Below, piece after piece: positions 32,806 to 40,265 of a DNA stretch of 42,394 nucleotides. Origin of the DNA: Gemmatimonadota bacterium (GTDB taxonomy: Bacteria; Gemmatimonadota; Gemmatimonadetes; Gemmatimonadales; GWC2-71-9); contig JANLXK010000283.1 in NCBI GenBank assembly GCA_031365045.1, positions 1 through 42,394 of the forward strand. The letters are read 5' to 3'. The notes under the pieces are model-generated. The model saw only the letters and a list, made by a program, of their open reading frames with translations. It was not told the origin of the DNA and did not search any database. The position numbers were made by a program, and so were the translations under genes. Position 1 is the first letter of the stretch; each line of letters starts with the position of its first letter.

Positions 32806-35285
32806 CGGTCCCATCGACCCCCGGCGGCGTCCTCCCCTCCGAGGTGGTGGCGGCCCTGGCGCAGGCGGCCGCGATGCAGGCGACGCCCGAAGTGCTCTAC
32901 GACCTCATTCGGCGCCAGACCGAGCGCCTGGTGGACGCCGAGGCATTCTACCTCGCGCTCTGGGACCCGCAGACCGAGATCATCCATTTCGTGGCGCACC
33001 ACGACCGGGGGGAGCTGGAAGGGGCCTTCGATCATCCCCTCAGTGATGGCCCCACCAGCTGGGTGATCCGGAACGAGCGGAGCCTCCGGTTCGATGCGGA
33101 CCGGCCCCTGCCGACCGCCAGTCGGGGCAGCGTGTTCGGCTCGCCCGAGCGATCCGTCTCGGGCGCGCACGTCCCGGTGAAGTTCGGCGACCGGCTCGTC
33201 GGGGTCCTCTCGGCGCAGAGCTACCGCGCTGGCCGGTTCCCCGACGAGGCGGTGCAGGTCCTCGAGGCCCTGGCCGCGCACGCGGGGGTCGCGCTCGAGG
33301 CGGGACGGCTGGCGCGCGCGGCCCAGGCAGATCGCGAGGCCGCGGGGGCGGAGCTCGCGGCGATGGGCGAACTCCGCGCCCAGCTCGACCGGCGCCTGCG
33401 CGAGCTCGACGCCCTGCGTCGCACTGCCCACGAGCTGGCGGGGACCGCCGATGCCCAAGCGACGATGCGCTACGTGGCGGAGGAGGGGATGCGGCTGTTC
33501 GAGGCGACCCACGCCGGGGTCGTGCTGATCGATGTCGCGCATCGGACCGTCCGCCACGCGGTCGCGATCAATCTCTCCCCCGAGTACACCAGCGCGATGG
33601 ACGCCGCCTTCTTCGGGCTGCGCTACGCGGAGCTGCTGCTCGGTGGCGAGGTGGTCACCGTCCCGAATGCGCGGGAACGGGTCATTCCCGGACTCACGGA
33701 GCATATCCTGGCCGCGGGATTCGTCTCCGTCATCGCCCTGCCCCTCACCTTCGGCGAAGAGGTCATCGGGGTGCTGGCCTTCGGGCACGATCGCCCCCGC
33801 TCCTGGGAGCCGGAAGAGATCGCACTCGCCCGCGCTTTCGCCGACCAGGCGGCGCTCGCCATCGGCAAGGCCCGGCTGCTCGACACGGTCACGCGCGCCA
33901 AGACCGAATGGCAGGTGGTGTTCGACGCCGCCCCAAGCGGACTGGCCATCGTCGACGCGGCCGGGAACGTGGCGCGGGGCAATCGCGCGCTCGCCCGGCT
34001 CACCAACGTGCCGCTGGCGGGACTCAACGGGCGCGCGCTTGCGAGTCTCTTCCCCGAATGGCCGTGGGGTGCCGAGGATCCGCTGCCGCAGGCGCGGAGC
34101 GGGATCACAGTCTCGCGCCTGATGCCGGTCAGCGCCGGGCGCGTGTTGGTGATCACGCTCGCCCCCGAGAGTGATGGCCGGGTCGTGGCGGTCCTCGACG
34201 ATGTGACGCGCGAGCAGGAGGCGCTCGAGGCGCTGCGCCGCTCCGAGGGACGGTTCCGCGCACTCGTGGCCGCGGCGCCGGTCGCCATCCTCACGCTCGA
34301 TCGGGACGGGACGGTCAACGCCGTCAACGCCGCCGCGACCTCCCTGTTGGGCGTCTCGCCCGGCGGGGCGATGGTCCCCTTGGCCGAGCTGCTGGTGCCG
34401 GGGGAGCGGGCCCACGTCGAAGCGCACCTCGCCGCCGCATTTGCCGGCGAAACGCGTGAATGCCTCGCCCGCCTCCGGCGCCCCGACGGTGCGGTGCGGG
34501 AGGCGCACCTGGTCGCGGTCCCGCTCGAGGAGCGAGGCGGGGTGCGCACCGTGCTCGCGCTGGCCCGGGACGTGACCGACGAACAGGCCCTGCGCGAGCA
34601 GGTGGCCCACGCCGAGAAGATGGTGGCGCTCGGCCAGCTGGTCTCGGGCGTGGCGCACGAGATCAATAATCCGCTCGCCGGGATCACCGCGCTGGCCGAG
34701 GCGCTCGCGGTCGACGAGCACGACGAAGGGACCGAGCGGATCCTCGACACCATCCGCCGCGAGGCGGGGCGCGCCGCCCGCATCGTGCAGGGGCTCCTCC
34801 TCTTCTCCCGCCAGCGCCCGCTCGAGCGGCGTGACGTGGACCTGAACGCGCTCGTGCGCGAGGTGGTCGCGGTGGCCCCCCCGGGTGAGGTGAGCTGGAT
34901 CCTGGACCTCGCCCCTTCGCTCCCCTCCGTGGGAGCCGACCCGGACCAGGTGATCCAGGTGGTCCGGAACCTCGTCCGGAACGGCACCCAGGCGATGGCG
35001 GGACGGCCGGCACCCGTCGGACGGATCCGGACCTGGGTCGAGAGCGACGTGGTCTGTTGCGAGATACTGGACCAGGGGTCGGGGATTGCGCCGGACGTCT
35101 TGGGGCGCATCTTCGAGCCATTCTTCACGACCAAAGCGGCCGGGGAGGGTACCGGTCTAGGTTTATCCATATCCCACGGCATCGTCCGGGCGCACGGTGG
35201 TGAGATCCGCGCCCAGAACCGCCCCGAAGGCGGGGCACGATTCTGGTTCGAACTTCCGCACGCGACCCCCTCGCGCCCCAGGTGA
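32802..35285 (+). CDS. soluble sensor histidine kinase (GAF-GAF-PAS-PAS-HisKA-HATPase)
   Basis: Two GAF-like regions and two PAS-like regions. H-box HEINNPLAGI, N/G boxes including GTGLGLSISHGIV. No TM helix seen. The GTG start overlaps the upstream stop (GTGA). Confidence 0.85.
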   Translation: MTVPSTPGGVLPSEVVAALAQAAAMQATPEVLYDLIRRQTERLVDAEAFYLALWDPQTEIIHFVAHHDRGELEGAFDHPLSDGPTSWVIRNERSLRFDADRPLPTASRGSVFGSPERSVSGAHVPVKFGDRLVGVLSAQSYRAGRFPDEAVQVLEALAAHAGVALEAGRLARAAQADREAAGAELAAMGELRAQLDRRLRELDALRRTAHELAGTADAQATMRYVAEEGMRLFEATHAGVVLIDVAHRTVRHAVAINLSPEYTSAMDAAFFGLRYAELLLGGEVVTVPNARERVIPGLTEHILAAGFVSVIALPLTFGEEVIGVLAFGHDRPRSWEPEEIALARAFADQAALAIGKARLLDTVTRAKTEWQVVFDAAPSGLAIVDAAGNVARGNRALARLTNVPLAGLNGRALASLFPEWPWGAEDPLPQARSGITVSRLMPVSAGRVLVITLAPESDGRVVAVLDDVTREQEALEALRRSEGRFRALVAAAPVAILTLDRDGTVNAVNAAATSLLGVSPGGAMVPLAELLVPGERAHVEAHLAAAFAGETRECLARLRRPDGAVREAHLVAVPLEERGGVRTVLALARDVTDEQALREQVAHAEKMVALGQLVSGVAHEINNPLAGITALAEALAVDEHDEGTERILDTIRREAGRAARIVQGLLLFSRQRPLERRDVDLNALVREVVAVAPPGEVSWILDLAPSLPSVGADPDQVIQVVRNLVRNGTQAMAGRPAPVGRIRTWVESDVVCCEILDQGSGIAPDVLGRIFEPFFTTKAAGEGTGLGLSISHGIVRAHGGEIRAQNRPEGGARFWFELPHATPSRPR

Positions 35286-35291
35286 CCTGAC

Positions 35292-36638
35292 ATGGCAGAT
35301 ACCGTTCTCCTCATCGACGACGATCCGGACATCCTCCGGTCGATCGGCAACTATTTCGAGCAGCTCGGCTACGAGGTGGGGCGGGAGCTCACCGGCGAGG
35401 CCGGCCTCGAGGCCTACGACCGGATGCGTCCGGACGTGGTGCTGCTCGACCTGGCCCTGCCGGGGATGGACGGGATGCAGGTGCTGGAGCGCCTGCGGGA
35501 GCGGAGCGCCTCGGTCATCCTGCTCACCGGGCAGACCGACATCGCCACGGCGGTGCGCGCGATGCAGCTGGGGGCGGAGAACTTCCTCCCCAAGCCGGTC
35601 GACATGTCACATCTGGTCGCCGTGACGGCCAAGGCGATCGACAAGATGAAGCTCCGCCGGGTCAACGAGCTCCTCATGGCCTCGGTGGTACCGGGCGAAG
35701 GACTCGAGTCGCTCGGCAAGTCGTCGCGGATGCAGGACTTCGCGCGCCAAGTGAGCCTGCTGGCGCAGAGCGACCGGACCACGGTGCTCCTCGGTGGGGA
35801 GAGCGGGACCGGCAAGGGGTGGGTGGCGCGGATGATCCACAACCTGAGTCCCCGCGCCCGGATGCCGTTCGTCGAGGTCAATTGCGCCGGACTCTCCGCC
35901 ACCTTCCTCGACTCGGAGCTGTTCGGCCACGAGAAGGGCGCCTTCACCGACGCCAAGGACCGCAAGCAGGGCCTCTTCGAGATCGCCGACAAGGGAACGA
36001 TCTTCCTCGACGAGATCGGCGACCTCGCCATCGAGCTGCAGCCGAAGCTCCTCAAGGTCCTCGAGACCAAGACCTTCCGCCGCCTCGGCGGGACCCGCGA
36101 GATCACCGTGGACGTGCGCCTCATCGCCGCGACCAACCGCGACCTCCCGACCGACGTCGCCGCGGGGCGGTTCCGCGAAGACCTCTATTACCGCCTCAAC
36201 GTGATGCCGCTCGAGCTGCCACCCCTCCGGGAGCGCTCGCGCGAGGACCGGCTGGCTCTCATCACCCGGCTGTTCCAGGATCTCCGGGCCTCGGTCCCCG
36301 GCGCGCCGAGCCTCATCGCCCCCGAAGCGCTCGAACGGCTGCTCGGCCACGCGTGGCAGGGGAACGTCCGCGAGATGCGGAACGTCCTCGAACGGGCGCT
36401 GATCCTCGGCCGGAGCAACGTGTCGGTCACCGTGGAGCACCTCCCCGCCGACTTCCGGGCCAAGGGAGGCGGCAGCGAACGCCGCCACGTGCCGCTGTCG
36501 CTGGATGACCTCGAGCGCCAGCACATCGAGCGGACACTGAAGCACCATCAGGGCAACCGGACCCGCGCAGCCGACGAACTTGGCATCTCACGCGCGACAT
36601 TGATCAACAAGATCCGCCGGTTCGCCATCCCCACCTGA
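35292..36638 (+). CDS. NtrC-family response regulator / sigma-54-type enhancer-binding protein
   Basis: Receiver domain (VVLLDLALPGMDG), AAA+ domain (GESGTGKG) and C-terminal Fis-type HTH (NRTRAADELGISRATLINKIRRF). The sigma-54 contact loop reads GAFTDA (35937-35954). Confidence 0.88.
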   Translation: MADTVLLIDDDPDILRSIGNYFEQLGYEVGRELTGEAGLEAYDRMRPDVVLLDLALPGMDGMQVLERLRERSASVILLTGQTDIATAVRAMQLGAENFLPKPVDMSHLVAVTAKAIDKMKLRRVNELLMASVVPGEGLESLGKSSRMQDFARQVSLLAQSDRTTVLLGGESGTGKGWVARMIHNLSPRARMPFVEVNCAGLSATFLDSELFGHEKGAFTDAKDRKQGLFEIADKGTIFLDEIGDLAIELQPKLLKVLETKTFRRLGGTREITVDVRLIAATNRDLPTDVAAGRFREDLYYRLNVMPLELPPLRERSREDRLALITRLFQDLRASVPGAPSLIAPEALERLLGHAWQGNVREMRNVLERALILGRSNVSVTVEHLPADFRAKGGGSERRHVPLSLDDLERQHIERTLKHHQGNRTRAADELGISRATLINKIRRFAIPT

Positions 36639-36651
36639 CCGGGAGAGCGTG

Positions 36652-36840
36652 ATGAGCAAGGTCGAAGAGATCGACATGATGGTCTGCCGTTTCTGCGGCA
36701 ACCCGGAGCGCGCCTCGGAGGGTTATCCCTGTCGCGAGTGCGGCACCTTCCTGTGCATCATCTGCAGCAACCGCGGCATCGTGCTGTGCAAGGAGTGCCA
36801 GCAGAAGGTCGACGTCCCACCCCTCCCGCAGGTCCCCTGA
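36652..36840 (+). CDS. small zinc-ribbon protein with four CxxC pairs (62 aa)
   Basis: MSKVEEIDMMVCRFCGNPERASEGYPCRECGTFLCIICSNRGIVLCKECQQKV. GGGAGAG lies upstream. It starts 13 nt after the activator gene and ends 7 nt before the next gene. Confidence 0.6.
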   Translation: MSKVEEIDMMVCRFCGNPERASEGYPCRECGTFLCIICSNRGIVLCKECQQKVDVPPLPQVP

Positions 36841-36847
36841 GGCCCTG

Positions 36848-37651
36848 ATGTCCACCGCCCTCATCTGTGGTTCGACGGTCGCCCCGATCCAGTCGGAGCC
36901 GTCGCTGCGCAGCGAACAGGTCTCGCAGCTGCTCTACGGCCGGGTCGCGGACGTCTCGGCCGCGCAGGGGGAGTGGCGCCGGATCAAGGTGCGCACCGAC
37001 GGGTACCAAGGGTGGGTGAACGTCGGCTATTGTCGGGAGGTGGACTCACCGGAGGCCGACAGCTGGGAGGCCGACGCCCAGGGGTGGAGCGAAGGGGCGG
37101 TGGCGGAGGTGCGCGAGCGCCTCATCCGCATCCCGCTCGGGGGTCGGGTGCAGGTCGACGCGAAGGGGGGCATCGTGATGCCCGGCGGGCGTCGCGGCAA
37201 GCTCCTGAGCGGGCGGGTCGCGCCGGCCGACACGATCGCGAAGGAGGCCCGCGCGATGCCGGTCGACAAGTGGGTGCTCAAGTACTTTGCTGGCGCACCC
37301 TACCAGTGGGGCGGCGTGACGCCCTGGGGCGTGGATTGCTCCGGGCTCGTGCAGGTCACCTTCGCCGCACGGGGCATCGCCCTCCCGCGCGATTCGTTCC
37401 TGCAGGCGGATGTCGGGGAGCCGGTGGTACTGGAGACCGCCCGTGCGGGCGACCTCCTCTTCTTCAGCGAGAACAACCGTTCGGTGACCCACGTGGCGCT
37501 CGTCGGGGCCGGCGACACGCTGCTCCACTCCACCCTCTCCTGCGGCGGGTTCATCCAGGAGCAGTGGGGGCCGGGGATGCGGGCGGAATTCCTGCGTGAC
37601 GTCTTCGTGAATGGGCGCCGCTATCCGCGAGGGGACGGCCCGGCACTGTGA
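36848..37651 (+). CDS. NlpC/P60 (C40) cell-wall peptidase with N-terminal SH3b-like domain
   Basis: YQWGGVTPWGVDCSGLVQVTF (catalytic Cys) and THVALV (His). The N-terminal 90 aa look SH3-like. Confidence 0.85.
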   Translation: MSTALICGSTVAPIQSEPSLRSEQVSQLLYGRVADVSAAQGEWRRIKVRTDGYQGWVNVGYCREVDSPEADSWEADAQGWSEGAVAEVRERLIRIPLGGRVQVDAKGGIVMPGGRRGKLLSGRVAPADTIAKEARAMPVDKWVLKYFAGAPYQWGGVTPWGVDCSGLVQVTFAARGIALPRDSFLQADVGEPVVLETARAGDLLFFSENNRSVTHVALVGAGDTLLHSTLSCGGFIQEQWGPGMRAEFLRDVFVNGRRYPRGDGPAL

Positions 37652-38364
37652 GACGTCGCCTTGTTCTCTTCGATATCGACGGGACCATCCTCCTCACCGC
37701 CGGCGCCGGTCGCCGGGCGGTGCTCCGCGCCGTGAGCGAAACGGTCGACCTCACGGACGCGGCGCGACTGGTGCGGTTCGACGGCAAGACCGACCCACTG
37801 ATCGTGATGGAGCTCCTCGCCGCCGCCGGCCACCCCACCCCTGACGACGCCGCCCTCATCGGTGACCTCTGCTACCGCTACCTCGCCTACCTCGAAGAGG
37901 AGCTCAGCGCCCCGACGCACGGCACCACCGTGCTTCCGGGGATCGTCCCCCTGCTGGCCGAGCTGCACGAACATCCCGAGGTGATGCTCGGCCTCCTCAC
38001 CGGGAATGTCGAGCGGGGGGCGCGCCTCAAGCTCACGAGCGGCGGGATCGACCATACCCGCTTCGTCGTAGGGGCGTATGGTTCCGATTCCCATCATCGC
38101 CCCGACCTTCCCGCCATCGCGGCGCGTCGGGCCGAGCCGTTCCTCGGTCGCATCCCGTCCGGATCGGAGGTCGTCATCATTGGAGACACCCCGGCCGATG
38201 TGACCTGCGGGGCCGGGATCGGCGCCCGGCCGGTCGCGGTCGCGACCGGGAGCTACCAGGAAGCGGCCCTGCTCGAGGCCGGCGCCGCGGCGGTCTTCGC
38301 CGACCTCTCCGATACGCGCCGCGTGGTCGAGGCCATCCTGTGGGACGGATCGAACTCGAACTGA
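37648..38364 (+). CDS. HAD family hydrolase (phosphoglycolate-phosphatase-like)
   Basis: LVLFDIDGTIL (DxDGT), LLTGN and IIGDTPADV motifs. The GTG start overlaps the upstream stop (GTGA). Confidence 0.8.
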   Translation: MRRRLVLFDIDGTILLTAGAGRRAVLRAVSETVDLTDAARLVRFDGKTDPLIVMELLAAAGHPTPDDAALIGDLCYRYLAYLEEELSAPTHGTTVLPGIVPLLAELHEHPEVMLGLLTGNVERGARLKLTSGGIDHTRFVVGAYGSDSHHRPDLPAIAARRAEPFLGRIPSGSEVVIIGDTPADVTCGAGIGARPVAVATGSYQEAALLEAGAAAVFADLSDTRRVVEAILWDGSNSN

Positions 38365-38918
38365 AGGGGGTCGTGCCCGAGCCGGATCGGGTGCGCACCG
38401 CGCTCCTCGCCGCGGGTGGACGGATCTCCTTTCGCGGCCGTCTCGAAGACCGGCGCTACGACCGGGCCGGAGAACTCACCGCCCGTGACGAAGTCCTTCG
38501 CGTGCGGACGTACCTCCCCGTGGAGGGCGCACCCCGGGCCGAGCTCGGCTGGAAAGGTCCGACCGAGCGATCCCCCGAGGGCTACAAGCGGCGGGAAGAA
38601 CGCGAGCTCACGGTCCGTGAAGGTGGCCCCGCAGGATTTCTCGAGGCACTCGGGTTCGCGGTCGTCCACGCCATTGACCGGTACATCGAGGTCTTCGAAT
38701 TCACCGACGGGCATGCCCGACTGGAGTGGTATCCGCGGATGGACGTGCTGATCGAGGTCGAGGGCGCACCGGCCGGCATCGAACGGGTCATCGCCGCGAC
38801 GGGTCTCCCGCGCCCGAGTTTCACCAGCGAAGCGCTCGTCGACTTCACCGCCCGGTATGATCGCACCCATCCCGAGGCGCCAAGCCTCGTCGCCCTCGCC
38901 GGATGGAAGGGACCGTGA
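38340..38918 (+). CDS. CYTH-domain protein (class IV adenylate cyclase / triphosphate tunnel metalloenzyme)
   Basis: N-terminal IELELK matches the CYTH ExExK signature. Size and beta-rich pattern fit CyaB-like proteins. The GTG 38340 start overlaps the HAD gene by 25 nt, so the start is uncertain. Confidence 0.65.
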   Translation: MGRIELELKGVVPEPDRVRTALLAAGGRISFRGRLEDRRYDRAGELTARDEVLRVRTYLPVEGAPRAELGWKGPTERSPEGYKRREERELTVREGGPAGFLEALGFAVVHAIDRYIEVFEFTDGHARLEWYPRMDVLIEVEGAPAGIERVIAATGLPRPSFTSEALVDFTARYDRTHPEAPSLVALAGWKGP

Positions 38919-39610
38919 TCGTCCCGGAGCTTGGTCCCTCGCTCGGAAGGCTCACCGCGCTTCCGGGGGCTCCGGTCGGCGCGCCGCCCGCGCCGCGGCC
39001 TGAGCTCGCCGATCTCCGCCTCGCGCTGGTGGGACGGATCTTCGAGCTGGCCGCCGCGGCCCGCGGCGCGGTCGATGGCGACGGTGCCGCTGAGATCCTC
39101 GCACCCGCGCGCCTCCGCCTGGAATGGGAGCGTGCGGCGGCGCAGGTCGCAACGCGCACGCTCGAACGGATCGAGAGGGCCCTCGCTCTCGCCGCACGCA
39201 GCACCGCGCTTCCGGCGCGCCGTGTCCGGCGGTCAGCGCCCACCCCCGCGGAGCTCGCGCTGATCAAGGCCCGCCTGCACGGCAGCGGCGTCCCCTTCGT
39301 CGACGGACTGACGGCGCTCGATACCGCCGAACCCGGCTCCGACGGATGGCGTGCGGCGCTCCTCGCTTCGGCGCGGCGCCTGGAGGGAAGCTGGTTGGCG
39401 CTGGAGCAGCGGGCGCGGGCCGAGGAGACCGCGTGGCAGGAAGAAGGTGCGCGTCTCGCCGCCTGGCGCCCCTCACCGTGGCCCCGCCGGATCCTCGCGC
39501 TCCTCTTCCTCGTCTCCTTCGTGTACGCCGGCCTGGTGCTCGGCGGATTCCTCCCGGTGCCCCCTGGCGCCGCACCGATCACCCAGTGGTGGTGGAGCCA
39601 CGGCCAATGA
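38915..39610 (+). CDS. hypothetical Ala/Arg-rich protein with C-terminal membrane anchor
   Basis: GTG 38915 overlaps the CYTH stop (GTGA). The protein looks helical and Ala/Arg/Leu-rich and ends with the TM segment ILALLFLVSFVYAGLVLGGF. The stop overlaps the acpS start. Confidence 0.5.
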   Translation: MIVPELGPSLGRLTALPGAPVGAPPAPRPELADLRLALVGRIFELAAAARGAVDGDGAAEILAPARLRLEWERAAAQVATRTLERIERALALAARSTALPARRVRRSAPTPAELALIKARLHGSGVPFVDGLTALDTAEPGSDGWRAALLASARRLEGSWLALEQRARAEETAWQEEGARLAAWRPSPWPRRILALLFLVSFVYAGLVLGGFLPVPPGAAPITQWWWSHGQ

Positions 39611-39996
39611 ACGTCCTCGGCGTCGGGATCGACCTGGTCGACATCCATCGGGTGGTCGAGATGCTCGACCGTCGCGAGGAGCAGGCGCTGCATAAGCTGC
39701 TCACGCCGGCCGAGCGCGAGTTCGTGCTGGCCCAGCCGGTGCCGGCTCGTCACTTCGCGGCGCGCATCGCCGCGAAGGAGGCGGTCTACAAGGCGCTCCA
39801 ATCCCTTCCCGATGCCCGCGGGGTCGGGTGGCAGGAGATCGAGGTGCTTCGGAGCGTCGAGGGGCGGCCGAGCGTGAGGCTGCACGGGCTCGCCGCGGAG
39901 CTCGACCGCACCCAGGGACCGCTGATCATCGAGCTCTCGCTGAGCCACTCGGAGATGACCGCCGGTGCGGTCGCGGTGGTCGGGGTAGCGCGGTAG
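39607..39996 (+). CDS. acpS: holo-[acyl-carrier-protein] synthase
   Basis: MNVLGVGIDLVDIHRV and FAARIAAKEAVYKAL signatures. 129 aa. ATGA overlap with the upstream gene. Confidence 0.9.
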   Translation: MNVLGVGIDLVDIHRVVEMLDRREEQALHKLLTPAEREFVLAQPVPARHFAARIAAKEAVYKALQSLPDARGVGWQEIEVLRSVEGRPSVRLHGLAAELDRTQGPLIIELSLSHSEMTAGAVAVVGVAR

Positions 39997-40094
39997 ACGT
40001 TTCGTCGATCAGGCTGGTGCGGGTGGCTTGACACGCTCGAGCGCTTCCCACCGGCTGGTGCAGGTCCCGCAACAGAAGATGGGTCGGAAGGGGG

Positions 40095-40198
40095 GAGGTG
40101 AGACGTGAGGAGACAAGAGGAGACAAAAGGAGACGATGAGACCAGAACTCCGAGACTTCGGTCGTCTCCTCCCGTCTCCTCCCGCCTCCTCCCGTCTC
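40095..40198. repeat. tandem-repeat-armed palindrome H: NNNAGGAGAC decamers x5 (40095-40142) / GTCTCCTCCC x3.5 (40164-40198)
   Basis: Read directly. It lies between acpS and the FTR1 fusion gene on the same strand. It is a likely terminator or insulator. Confidence 0.85.
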
Positions 40199-40265
40199 AA
40201 CGGCGAAGCCGTTTGCAATCCCTACTGTCTTGCTCTACTTTCATCCGGGTCTGCCTCAATTTCGG

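Noticed and set aside
25300-35350. Very long minus-strand ORFs (25300-27420, 28320-30638, 32424-34721, 33623-35350) opposite tamA, tamB, the kinase and the activator
   Set aside because: All are antisense to genes with strong family signatures. Their translations are low-complexity (R/G/P/E/D) with no recognisable domains. They are high-GC frame artefacts.
40202-40217. Sigma-54-like promoter cGGCGAAgccgtTTGCa upstream of the FTR1 fusion gene
   Set aside because: GG and GC are separated by 11 nt instead of the strict 10, and the -24 element matches only GGC.
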